DNA from: Comamonadaceae bacterium
GTDB taxonomy: Bacteria; Pseudomonadota; Gammaproteobacteria; Burkholderiales; Burkholderiaceae_C
Length of the DNA: 61,479 nucleotides
Assembly (NCBI GenBank): GCA_023259355.1
Contig: JAHFQI010000002.1
Location: 1-61,479 of the forward strand
Reading direction: 5' to 3'
This document shows positions 16,721 to 25,953 of the stretch, piece after piece. A program made the translations under genes and the position numbers. Positions within the stretch are counted from its first letter, which is position 1. Each line of letters opens with the position of its first letter. Below the pieces are notes generated by a model. It did no database searches. It saw nothing but the letters and a program-made list of their open reading frames with translations, and had not been told where the DNA came from.

Positions 16721-16750
16721 CCCCGCGGCTTGATCCCCGCGGGGTTTTTT
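16721..16750 (+). terminator. Rho-independent terminator (CCCCGCGG-loop-CCGCGGGG-TTTTTT)
   Basis: 8-bp GC stem, 7-8 nt loop, T6 tract. Confidence 0.8.
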
Positions 16751-16764
16751 GAAAGAGGAAAACC

Positions 16765-17133
16765 ATGAAATTCAGATCTCCCACTGGCGAGCCGATGTCC
16801 ATCGGTCTCACTTCCGGTCACACCTGTGTGATCCCGCCTGCCACGGACGAAGCGCCCGAGGGCATCGAGATCGAGCCCAGGTTCCACCGCCTGGCCATTG
16901 CCGAGGGCGCGATCCCCGCCGGCGTGGCCAACCTTCCGGTCGAAACCTCGAGCGCCCCCACCCGATCCGGCGTGATCGACGCGGCCTTGGAAAAGATGGT
17001 CGACGGCAACGAGGCCAGCGACTTCAAGCGTGACGGCACGCCCGACGTGACCGCAGTCACCCGCCGCTGCGGCTTCAAGGTCAGTCGCGAGGAAGTCGAC
17101 GCGGCCTGGGCCAAGATCAAGGCCGGCGCCTGA
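16765..17133 (+). CDS. Hypothetical virion-module protein (122 aa)
   Basis: AGAGGAAAACC lies upstream of the ATG. High GC3. Confidence 0.6.
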   Translation: MKFRSPTGEPMSIGLTSGHTCVIPPATDEAPEGIEIEPRFHRLAIAEGAIPAGVANLPVETSSAPTRSGVIDAALEKMVDGNEASDFKRDGTPDVTAVTRRCGFKVSREEVDAAWAKIKAGA

Positions 17134-17137
17134 TCCC

Positions 17138-17806
17138 ATGGACGTTGCCGCGTTCATTGCCGAATATCGCGGGGTAACGCGGGACAATTCGACGCCGCCC
17201 CTGTGGTCGGACGCCGAGATCCTGGGCTATCTCAATGACGCACTGAACGAGGCATGCGAGCGGGCCCTGCTGCTCGAAGACAGGACCACGCCCGCATGCT
17301 GTGCCATCGCCCTGGTGGCTGGCACCGACACCTACCTGCTGCACGCCAGCGTCATCAAGGTCAAGCGCGTTTCCTTCCGAGGCCGCGCGCTCACCGAATC
17401 GAGCGTCGAGGCCGAGGACCGGCGCGATGCCAACTGGGAGGGCCGCACCGGCGAGCCCCAGCGCTACATCCTCACCGACGGCCAGCTGCGCCTGGTGCCC
17501 ACACCCAACGCCAGCGTCACGGGGCAGAGCCTGGCGCTGACCGTCTACCGCCGCGAGCTGACCGCGCGCAGCCTGGCCGCGCCCAACAACACCGCGCCCG
17601 AGGTCAATGAGCGGTTCCACCTGCGCCTGATGAACTGGCTCTACTGCCGCGGCTACAGCAAGGCCGACGCCGAGACCTTCAGTTCGGTCAAGGCCACCGA
17701 GTTCGAAACACGCTTCACCGCCGACTTCGGCGCGAAGGTCGACGCCAACGTGCAGCGCAAGCGGCGCGATCGGCGCCCGCCCGTGGTGCGCTACGCCCGT
17801 TATTGA
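17138..17806 (+). CDS. Putative head-tail adaptor/connector protein
   Basis: Called by position after the head genes and by size (222 aa). No catalytic motifs seen. Confidence 0.45.
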   Translation: MDVAAFIAEYRGVTRDNSTPPLWSDAEILGYLNDALNEACERALLLEDRTTPACCAIALVAGTDTYLLHASVIKVKRVSFRGRALTESSVEAEDRRDANWEGRTGEPQRYILTDGQLRLVPTPNASVTGQSLALTVYRRELTARSLAAPNNTAPEVNERFHLRLMNWLYCRGYSKADAETFSSVKATEFETRFTADFGAKVDANVQRKRRDRRPPVVRYARY

Positions 17807-17833
17807 TCAACCCCACCCCACCGGAGAATCATC

Positions 17834-18238
17834 ATGGCCAATGCTTGGTACGCAAAAGGTAAAGAGAAGGTCCTGTCGGGCGCCATCAACTTCCCAGCCG
17901 ACACGCTCAAGGCGATCCTGGTCAAGAACACCTACCCGCAGAACCTGGCCGCCGACGAGTTCCTGCCGGACGTTTCGGCCTACCGGCTCAACGCGGACCA
18001 GACCCTGGCCGGCAAGAGCGTGACGGGTGGCGCGTTCGATGCCTCCGACATCACCTATCCCACCGTCACCGCTGGGGACACCAGCGAGGGCGTGGTGATC
18101 TACAAGGACACCGGCGTGGCTGCCACCAGCCCGCTGCTGCTCTACATCGACACGATCACCGGCTTTCCGCTGGGCACCAACGGTGGCGACGTCACGGTGC
18201 AGTGGGACAACGGCACCTACAAGATCGTTTCGCTCTAA
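17834..18238 (+). CDS. Hypothetical structural protein (134 aa)
   Basis: GGAGAATCATC lies upstream of the ATG. High GC3. Confidence 0.6.
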   Translation: MANAWYAKGKEKVLSGAINFPADTLKAILVKNTYPQNLAADEFLPDVSAYRLNADQTLAGKSVTGGAFDASDITYPTVTAGDTSEGVVIYKDTGVAATSPLLLYIDTITGFPLGTNGGDVTVQWDNGTYKIVSL

Positions 18239-18262
18239 GCGCCTGCGGGCGCGGACCCCGCA

Positions 18263-19867
18263 ATGGCCTACGCAACATGGAACCCATCGGACAAGGGCAC
18301 GGGCGTTGTCCTGTCCAATGGAAACCTGACGTTCACGACGCCGGGAAACTTCACCTATCCGTCTGTTCGGGCCACGATCGGCAAGAGCGCAGGCAAGTGG
18401 TATTGGGAGCTGTCCTCCAGCGGTAACACCGGCTCGATGAATGGCGCCGGCAAGTCCACCGCCGCACTTACGAGCTATCCAGGCACGGACGCGAATGGCT
18501 GGGGCCTGTACTGGTCCAACGGCAGCAAATACAACAACGGGGCGGCCACCGCCTACGCCTCTGCAATCGCCAACGGAGTCGTGGTGGGCGTCAAGCTCGA
18601 CATGGACGCGGGCACCATCAGCTTCGTGGTCGGTGGCGTGGACAAGGGGATTGCATTCTCCGGGCTGACCGGGACCGTCTACCCGATGGGTGGCACTGGG
18701 GTGGGCGGCTCGGCCAGCGTGGTCACGGCCAACTTCGGCGCCAGCGCGTTCACCTACACGGTTCCCGCCGGCTACAACGCGGGCGTTTTCGACTCTTTCA
18801 CCGGAACGGCCAGCGGCTTTTCCAGCACGAACTTCGGCACGCCGACCGCCAAGAAGTCGCAGAATGCCGCCGGCTTCTCTTCGACCCAGTTCGGCACGCC
18901 GCTGGCGGTTTACAACCACATCGAGAGCGCCACTGGCTTCAGTAGCACGGCCTTCGGCACGCCGACCCGAGTCACATTCGCGCAGGCCTCCGGCTTCTCA
19001 TCGAGCGCCTTCGGCACGCCGGCCAACGTCCCCAACGCGGTGGGCTTTCGCAGCACGCAGTTCGGCACGCCCCAGCTGTCCTGGCGCATGTATGTCACCG
19101 GGTTCAGCAGCACCCAGTTCGGAACACCCGCCGCCTTCCAGGGGTTCCGAGCCGAGTCGCTGGGAGCGACCAGCCGCTTCGGCACGCCGAGCACCCCGTT
19201 CAACCAGACGCAGACCGCTACCGCGCTGGCCTCGACCCGCTTTGGCACGCCCATCGTCCTGGGCTACACGCCCATCAACCTGGACCGCACCGAGATTGCC
19301 TCGAGCGTGGGCCGGACCTCGCGCTTTGGCACGCCCACCGCCGCGCTGTCCGTGAGCGGGCAGGCCAGCGGATTCAACTCCACCGCCTTCGGCACGCCCG
19401 TGGCCGACGCCACCCAGCGCTACGTGCAGGCGTCCTCTGTCGAACCGGCGGCCGCGTTCGGCACCCCCAAGGCTCTGATCACCGGGCACGCCACCGGCCT
19501 GCGCAGCACCGCGTTCGGAACTCCGACCGTGCGCCTGACCTGCGTTGCGAGCTCGCTGGGGCCAACGAGCCGCTTCGGCACGCCCGCGCAGTGGGGCCCG
19601 CACCGCGCCTACAGCATCAAGCCGCGGGGGGCCTTCGGTCGCCCCACGGCCTTCAACCAGTTCCGCTACCCGGCCGCGGGCTTTTGCAGCAGCCAGTTTG
19701 GCACTCCAGCGAGCGTGCAGACGCACCGCGCCTCGTCCTTGCCGCCGACGTCGCGGTTCGGCACGCCCCTGCTGCGGCGCAATCCGACTTGCCCGTTCCC
19801 CCAGACGCAGCGCGCGACGGGACTATCGACCACCCAGTTCGGCACACCCATTGCATGGAGTCCATGA
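18263..19867 (+). CDS. Tail fibre-like protein: N-terminal SPRY/B30.2 domain plus 17 tandem (S/T)xFGTP repeats
   Basis: WNPSDKG ... LSNGNLT ... GKWYWE ... GVKLDMDAGTISF ... NFGASAFTYTVPAGY (SPRY pattern). 16 FGTP repeats plus 1 FGRP repeat were counted. Confidence 0.75.
   Translation: MAYATWNPSDKGTGVVLSNGNLTFTTPGNFTYPSVRATIGKSAGKWYWELSSSGNTGSMNGAGKSTAALTSYPGTDANGWGLYWSNGSKYNNGAATAYASAIANGVVVGVKLDMDAGTISFVVGGVDKGIAFSGLTGTVYPMGGTGVGGSASVVTANFGASAFTYTVPAGYNAGVFDSFTGTASGFSSTNFGTPTAKKSQNAAGFSSTQFGTPLAVYNHIESATGFSSTAFGTPTRVTFAQASGFSSSAFGTPANVPNAVGFRSTQFGTPQLSWRMYVTGFSSTQFGTPAAFQGFRAESLGATSRFGTPSTPFNQTQTATALASTRFGTPIVLGYTPINLDRTEIASSVGRTSRFGTPTAALSVSGQASGFNSTAFGTPVADATQRYVQASSVEPAAAFGTPKALITGHATGLRSTAFGTPTVRLTCVASSLGPTSRFGTPAQWGPHRAYSIKPRGAFGRPTAFNQFRYPAAGFCSSQFGTPASVQTHRASSLPPTSRFGTPLLRRNPTCPFPQTQRATGLSTTQFGTPIAWSP
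18807..19850 (+). repeat. Coding tandem repeats built around TTCGGCACGCC (FGTP)
   Basis: The motif recurs 17 times at irregular spacing of about 45-80 nt. Confidence 0.8.
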
Positions 19868-21057
19868 TGCTGACCCTCAAGCGCTTCACCGGCATCAACA
19901 ACGTCACCCACCCCGAGCGCCTGGTGCACGACCCCAAGACCGGCACCGCGCCGCTGGTCGAGGCCATGAACGTGGACATCGACAACAGCGGCGAGGTCGA
20001 GCGCCGCGCCGGATTCAGTACCGTGGTGGCCACCTGTCACAAGAACCTGTGGCAGGCCAATGGCTTCCAGCTGGCCACCGTGGACGGCGACCTGAAGGCG
20101 ATCGCGCCCGGCGGCGCCGAGACCATGATCTACCCGGCGCTCGGCGTCGATCGGGTCTGGTACACCAACTGGCCGGACGGGCGCACGACCTTCAGCAACG
20201 GGCTGATCTGCGGGATCACCGATGGCGCCGCCAGGACCAGCTGGGGCGTGCCTATCCCCGCCAGCCTGGGCGCGGCGGCCGAGGTCGCCGGGAGCCTCTT
20301 TGCGGGCAAGTACCGCTATCGCCTGACGCACGTGCGGATCTCCGATGGCCTGGAAGGTGGGCCGATCTACTCCGCGCCCTTCGACATCGCCGCCGGCGGG
20401 CTGGTGCTCACCGGGCTGCCGCTGCTCGATGGGCACACCACCAACGTCTACCTCACCAGCCACAACGACGATACCGCCTACCTGGCCGGCAACACGGCCG
20501 GATCCACGTTCGCCTTCACCGCGGCCAATGACACGCTGGTGCAGCCGTGCAAGACCGACTTCATGGCCCCGGCCCCGGCGGGCATCCTCACCGCGTTCTG
20601 GCGCGGCCGCGCGCTCACCGCCGTGGGCAACGTGCTCTACGCCTCCAAGCCTCACCAGTGGGAGCTGTTCGACCTGGCGCGCGACTTCAAGGCGCTGCCC
20701 GACCCGATCACGCTGATCCAGCCGGTGCAGAACGGCATCTTCGTGGGGACCACCGCCAAGCTGGCCTTCCTGGCCGGCGACAACTTCGATGGCCTGGTCT
20801 ACCACTCGCGCGTGCCGGGCGCCGTGGCGCTGGGCTCGGGCGTCACGGTGCCGGGCAAGCATCTGAAGCGCGGCGACGGCAGCGCAGGCGAGGGCGATTG
20901 CATGGTGTGCATCGCCGGCGGGATCCTCACGGCCGGCTACGGCGACGGCGGCATCGCGGCGCTCAGCGAGGGCGTCTACCAGACCGCCGCCACCGAGGTC
21001 GCGGCCACCTTCCGGATCCAGGGCGGCATTCCCCAGTACCTCGCCATCCCGCAATGA
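19864..21057 (+). CDS. Tail structural protein (397 aa)
   Basis: ATGA overlap with the fibre gene stop. High GC3. Position within the tail module. Confidence 0.6.
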   Translation: MMLTLKRFTGINNVTHPERLVHDPKTGTAPLVEAMNVDIDNSGEVERRAGFSTVVATCHKNLWQANGFQLATVDGDLKAIAPGGAETMIYPALGVDRVWYTNWPDGRTTFSNGLICGITDGAARTSWGVPIPASLGAAAEVAGSLFAGKYRYRLTHVRISDGLEGGPIYSAPFDIAAGGLVLTGLPLLDGHTTNVYLTSHNDDTAYLAGNTAGSTFAFTAANDTLVQPCKTDFMAPAPAGILTAFWRGRALTAVGNVLYASKPHQWELFDLARDFKALPDPITLIQPVQNGIFVGTTAKLAFLAGDNFDGLVYHSRVPGAVALGSGVTVPGKHLKRGDGSAGEGDCMVCIAGGILTAGYGDGGIAALSEGVYQTAATEVAATFRIQGGIPQYLAIPQ

Positions 21058-23513
21058 CCCAGGTGCACGACCCCAGTTTCATCGGCTTCCACGGGGAGCC
21101 GGTGACCGGGCGCGTGCCGCCGATCATGAAGGTCGAGGGTGGAGTGAGCCTCACCCCCCAGCAGCTGGCCGGGGTTTCCCACGCCTACAAGCTATTCCGG
21201 GACGCGCTGCGGGTCTCCGAGGCGGCCTACCTGGTGCAAAACCGGGTGCTCCAGGACGGAACCAAGGTGCGCATGGTCTCCAACAGCGGACTGGATGTCG
21301 TAATGGTGTGGCCGCCCGGCGGCGGCCCCGAAGAAGCGAAAATTCCGCACGGCTTCGCCGTCGTCACCACCTGGGCCAGCCCGCTGATCTACAAATTCAG
21401 GCCCGCATCGAACACGTGGGCCACGGACAAGCGATGGCCTGTCAGCCAGATCCCCAAGACGCCCAAGGAAGTCACCGGGTACAACCAGGACCTGCGGGCG
21501 GCGACCGCCCTGGTGCTGCCGCTGGTCTACGACAAGGACGACCGGCAGCTGTGGGATTACGCGCCGCACAAGGGGCCTGCTGGAACCGCGGACTATCAGG
21601 TTCCGATCTGCATCGAATACCCGGTGAGCGGCACGCCGACGCTCGCCCCCCATCGAGCACACATCGCCAAGAATGCAACGGTCGCCGCGCTGGACGGGAC
21701 CGTTCTCTACACCATGCCGCCGCCCTCGGCGCTGGGGACCGAAGCGGTGCAGAACCTGCCCGGCGCGTCCGATGTGACGGGTACTCGCGCCGTGCTGCAG
21801 GCCTTCCGCAGCAACCCGCTGGCGCCCTCGTCGCCCGTGTCGAGGTACCGATTCAAGCACGAAGTCATCAAGCGTACGGCACAGGACACCTATGCCATGG
21901 ACTCCACCAACACGGTGGACTTCGACGCGCCGATCGGGCCGAACACCGTGGTCTCTTCAAACGTCACCAGCACGGAATTGGGCGAGTCACCCGATGGGAA
22001 GGTCTACCTGAAGGCATACGGAACAACGGCCTCGTCGAAAACGGTCCCCCAGCCGCCATTCACTCCATCGGGAGGATGGGCCGACCCATTCAATTCGGCG
22101 GGCGGCTACTACAACTGCGGCACGACCATCAGCACCAGCAACGCGGTCATCGGCATGGATGCGTACGTCAACACCAAGACGTTGACGGCGGGCACCCCCG
22201 ACAGCATCAACAAGGTGCTGGCCCTGCCCGCCGTCAGCGGCGTGGAGTACCTGCAGCTCTATCGTGACATGGCCTACCCCGGCACCGAATACTGGCGCGG
22301 CGGCAGGAAGCAATGGGCCTACACCGGGACCACTCCCGGCGCCAACAGCAGCTACGTTGCCACCACCAGCCTTACCAAGATCCGGCGCGACGTGGACAAG
22401 AGCCTCAGCGGTCTGCCGGAGTTCACCGCCATGCTCCCATGGGTGGACGTGAAGATTCTGGAGGGCTCCGTCGCCGGGGCCTTGGCCGGATCGCTCTACC
22501 AGGACGTCACGACCGACGCCAAGCAATTTGGGGGTGCCTTCGGGCAGAAATACCTGATCGCCGACCCGACCGCCCCAGGTGGCACGGCCCAGGACCAATA
22601 CAACGCCTGGGAAGCGGCGACCAATCTACTGGGGCCATGGAATGCAGATTTCGCAGCTGTGCCCGACTCGGGAAACCACACGACGACGGTGCGCGACATC
22701 CCGCTGCGCAACACAGGCAGCTACACATTCAAGAGCCGCCACTTCATCGACTACGATCATCGGGGGCGCTTTTATGCGGCCATCCGGGTGGAAGTCGTGT
22801 GCAGCGGGGCACAGTGGGACCAGGCTCCGGCCGGCTATCTCGGGCAGCTGGCCGTCACTTCCAATCCGAGCTACGACGTCAAGATCTACTTCGAGTGCAA
22901 GTGGGCCGACGCCGCGCTCGCCTCGACCCTGCTGGCTTCGGGAACCTGCACCCGGCCGGCCTTCGAGTTCATCCCCCAGGTCGCCGCGATCAACGTGTTC
23001 GTTTACCCCGACAGCGACTCCGAGCGCAAACTCAATTACTGGATTCCGCCACAGCCCTCGATCCCTCTCGATTCGATCGACTGCCTGTCGGCAATCGCCA
23101 AACATCAGGGCGTCAACCCGAACCTGGCGCTGCAAGACAAGCTGACCGCCGACTTCGATCCGCTCAAGAGCACCGAGGGCATCGAGTTCTCCTACATCAA
23201 GCACGGCCGCGAGATCCCCCACAAGCGGTTCGTTCAGGGCCAGCTGTACGCGCGCAGCTTCAAGCTGGCTGACCTTTCCAAGGCGCTGTGGTTGCTGAGC
23301 ACCCTCAAGTGTGACGCGCACCAGTACGACAACCCCGCGATCGGGGCCTCCTGGTTCTACATGCCGGCGCTGGGCTCGACCATCGCCAACGACAAGATGC
23401 ACGTGGAAGTGCGCAACGGCGTGATCGGCACCTGGTCGGACAACATCCCCGCCAGCTCGGGCGCCCCGCTGCCGGCGCTGGGAGACCGGAACATCAAGCT
23501 CTACAGCGTATAG
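21054..23513 (+). CDS. Large tail structural protein (819 aa)
   Basis: ATGA-coupled start at 21054. The track ORF 20547.. has a spurious extension. The size fits a tail tube or nozzle component. Confidence 0.6.
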   Translation: MTQVHDPSFIGFHGEPVTGRVPPIMKVEGGVSLTPQQLAGVSHAYKLFRDALRVSEAAYLVQNRVLQDGTKVRMVSNSGLDVVMVWPPGGGPEEAKIPHGFAVVTTWASPLIYKFRPASNTWATDKRWPVSQIPKTPKEVTGYNQDLRAATALVLPLVYDKDDRQLWDYAPHKGPAGTADYQVPICIEYPVSGTPTLAPHRAHIAKNATVAALDGTVLYTMPPPSALGTEAVQNLPGASDVTGTRAVLQAFRSNPLAPSSPVSRYRFKHEVIKRTAQDTYAMDSTNTVDFDAPIGPNTVVSSNVTSTELGESPDGKVYLKAYGTTASSKTVPQPPFTPSGGWADPFNSAGGYYNCGTTISTSNAVIGMDAYVNTKTLTAGTPDSINKVLALPAVSGVEYLQLYRDMAYPGTEYWRGGRKQWAYTGTTPGANSSYVATTSLTKIRRDVDKSLSGLPEFTAMLPWVDVKILEGSVAGALAGSLYQDVTTDAKQFGGAFGQKYLIADPTAPGGTAQDQYNAWEAATNLLGPWNADFAAVPDSGNHTTTVRDIPLRNTGSYTFKSRHFIDYDHRGRFYAAIRVEVVCSGAQWDQAPAGYLGQLAVTSNPSYDVKIYFECKWADAALASTLLASGTCTRPAFEFIPQVAAINVFVYPDSDSERKLNYWIPPQPSIPLDSIDCLSAIAKHQGVNPNLALQDKLTADFDPLKSTEGIEFSYIKHGREIPHKRFVQGQLYARSFKLADLSKALWLLSTLKCDAHQYDNPAIGASWFYMPALGSTIANDKMHVEVRNGVIGTWSDNIPASSGAPLPALGDRNIKLYSV

Positions 23514-23522
23514 GAGAAGCCC

Positions 23523-23978
23523 ATGACCACCATCGTGATGAACACCGCCACCGGCGCCGTCAGCGAATACGACTGGGCTTTCCAGTCGATCACGCCCACG
23601 CACGCGGGGGACGCCACCGGCCTGTACCTGCTGGGAGGCGACTCGGACGGCACCGCCGGAGATCCGGTCGCACCGGTGCCCATCGACGGCACCTTCATGT
23701 GCGCCAAGACCCTGCTGGGCTCGTCCAAGAAGAAGGGCGTGGACATGGTGTACCTGGGCATCCAGGGCGCAGGGGCCGGCCTGCTGCGCGTGGCGGGCGC
23801 TGGTGGGGCCTGGGAGTACCCCGTCCAGGTGTTGGACGCCGGGATGTCACGCGCTAAACCCGGCATGGGCATCCGCGAGAACTACCTCGGCCTGGGCTAC
23901 CGCAACGTGGCCGGGGCTGCCTTCCGAATCGACCGCCTCGAGGCGATCGTTCCCGAATCCAAGACCAGGAGGGTTTGA
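23523..23978 (+). CDS. Hypothetical structural protein (151 aa)
   Basis: AGGAGAAGCCC lies upstream of the ATG. Confidence 0.6.
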   Translation: MTTIVMNTATGAVSEYDWAFQSITPTHAGDATGLYLLGGDSDGTAGDPVAPVPIDGTFMCAKTLLGSSKKKGVDMVYLGIQGAGAGLLRVAGAGGAWEYPVQVLDAGMSRAKPGMGIRENYLGLGYRNVAGAAFRIDRLEAIVPESKTRRV

Positions 23979-23980
23979 CC

Positions 23981-25885
23981 ATGGCCACCCCAGCAGAAAC
24001 CGTAGGCGAAGTTTTCAGCAACGCCACCAGCTACGCCACCGCGGCGAAGTCGCAGACCGAGAGTTACGTCGCCGCGCTGCAGGCGGCCGTGTACGCGGCG
24101 CCCACGTTCGACCTGACCTGGACGCCGATCGACGCGCCCACGGCCACCACCATGCCGGACCTGCCGGTGCTCACCGACAGCCTGGACTGGAACGAAGCGG
24201 CTACGCCCGCCGACTTCGCGGATGCCGCCCCGAGCATCGTCATTGACGACTTCGCCGAGGCGGCGCCGACCCTGGATTTCGGCCTGAAGCCGACGCTGGA
24301 CTTCGGCGTGGCGCCAACGCTCAGTTTCGGCGTGGCCCCCACCGTGTCCGATCCGGCCGCGATCGCGCTGCCCGATGCGCCGACGATCACGCTGCCGGCG
24401 GCGCCGACCTACCTCACGCTGTCGACGCCCACCTTCGCCGGAGTCGACCTGCACGCGGCGTTCCTGACCAACCTGGAGAACATTCCGACGCTCGATCTGG
24501 TCGCGCCGACCCCCTACAGCTACACCCCGGGCCCGGAATACGCCTCCACGCTGCTGACGACCCTGAAGGCCAAGTTGCTGGAGCGAATGGCCGGCGGCAC
24601 CGGCCTGGCTCCGGCGGTGGAACAGGCGCTGTGGGACCGCGGCCGCAGCCGCGAGGCGAAGCTCGGGCAGGCCAACGAGGACACGGTGGGGCGCACCAGC
24701 GAAGCGCTCGGGTGGCACCTGCCCGCGGGCGTCACCGCGGCGCAGCTGCGCGAGGCGCAACAGGACACCTTCGACAAGGCTTCCTCGCTCTCGCGCGAAA
24801 TCACCATCAAGCAGGCCGAGCTGGAGCAGGCCAACCTGAAGGACACCATCGCCGCCGGCATGGACCTGGAGGGCAAGCTGATCGAGTACAGCTTCCGGCT
24901 CGAGCAGCTGGCCTTCGAGAATGCCAAGGCGGTGGCCGACAACGCCATCCAGCTTTACAACGCGGAGCTGGCGAAGTTCAAGGAGCTGCTGGACTCGTAT
25001 CGCACCTATGCGGCGGTCTACGACACGCTGATCAAGGGCGAGCAGCTCAAGGTCGAAGTGCTGCGCGCCGAACTCGCCGCCGAGCAGACCAAGGCCGACA
25101 TCAACAAGACCCTGGTCGAAGAGTACAAGGCGGGCATCGAGGCGAGCATGTCCCTGGTGCGCATCTACGAGGCGCAGATCGGCGCGGCCAAGACTCTGGT
25201 GGAGCTCGAAGGCGCCAAGCTGGCGGCCAAGGGCGAGCAGATCAAGGCGTACATCGCGGGCATCAATGGCGAGACCGCCAAGGTCGAAGCCTTCAAGGCC
25301 AACGCGCAGGCCCAGGGCATCGTCATGGATGCCTGGGGCAAGGGCGTGCAGGCCGAGCTGGGCAAGGTGGAGCTCTATAAGGCCAAGGCCCAGGCGTTCA
25401 GCGCCAAGGCCAGCGCCCAGGGCGAGAAGGCCCGCGCCAACGTCGCCTACTACGACGGCCGTGCGCGCGCATTCAGCGCGAAGTGGAGCGCCTGGGAGGC
25501 GCGCGTGAAGGGCGAGACCTCGCGCTTCCAGGCGCTGGCGGCCAAGTCGGGGATGCTGCTGGACGGCTTCAAGGCCGGGCTGGCCAAGGCCCAGGCGATG
25601 GTGGAGCAGGACGTCAAGCGCTGGCAGATCGGCATTTCCCAGTACGAGGCGCAGAAGAACTATTCGCTGGCGGTGGAGAAGATCAACACCGAAGTGATTC
25701 AGGGCAACCGCCAGGCGATGCTGGATGCGGCCAAGACCGGCGCGCAGATCTTCGCGCAGCTGACGTCCTCGGCCTATTCGATGATCCACGCCAGCGCGGG
25801 TGTCTCGGCCAGCGCCAGCAACTCGGTGGGCTACTCCTACAGCAACGACACCAGCAGTACGGTCGCGCCGATCACCTCGATCTGA
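23981..25885 (+). CDS. Putative internal virion/ejection protein, long coiled-coil (634 aa)
   Basis: AGGAGGG lies 7 nt upstream of ATG 23981. PTLDFG mini-repeats followed by about 400 aa of A/K/E/Q-rich helix. Confidence 0.55.
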   Translation: MATPAETVGEVFSNATSYATAAKSQTESYVAALQAAVYAAPTFDLTWTPIDAPTATTMPDLPVLTDSLDWNEAATPADFADAAPSIVIDDFAEAAPTLDFGLKPTLDFGVAPTLSFGVAPTVSDPAAIALPDAPTITLPAAPTYLTLSTPTFAGVDLHAAFLTNLENIPTLDLVAPTPYSYTPGPEYASTLLTTLKAKLLERMAGGTGLAPAVEQALWDRGRSREAKLGQANEDTVGRTSEALGWHLPAGVTAAQLREAQQDTFDKASSLSREITIKQAELEQANLKDTIAAGMDLEGKLIEYSFRLEQLAFENAKAVADNAIQLYNAELAKFKELLDSYRTYAAVYDTLIKGEQLKVEVLRAELAAEQTKADINKTLVEEYKAGIEASMSLVRIYEAQIGAAKTLVELEGAKLAAKGEQIKAYIAGINGETAKVEAFKANAQAQGIVMDAWGKGVQAELGKVELYKAKAQAFSAKASAQGEKARANVAYYDGRARAFSAKWSAWEARVKGETSRFQALAAKSGMLLDGFKAGLAKAQAMVEQDVKRWQIGISQYEAQKNYSLAVEKINTEVIQGNRQAMLDAAKTGAQIFAQLTSSAYSMIHASAGVSASASNSVGYSYSNDTSSTVAPITSI

Positions 25886-25888
25886 CCA

Positions 25889-25903
25889 CCCCGGTAAGGT
25901 TTG
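25889..25903 (+). promoter_or_regulatory. Repeated motif copy 2 (CCCCGGTAAGGTTTG)
   Basis: Lies in the intergenic 25886..25953, 51 nt upstream of the next ATG. Confidence 0.5.
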
Positions 25904-25953
25904 CCCGGGTGCGCAGGCGCTCCCAGAATCCGGCGCAACCCGGAGGACCCGCC

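Noticed and set aside
18807-19850. Repeated TTCGGCACGCC units as a CRISPR array or a DGR variable region.
   Set aside because: The repeats are in frame within a long ORF (FGTP peptide repeats), irregularly spaced and imperfect. No cas genes, no reverse transcriptase and no template repeat are seen anywhere in the window.
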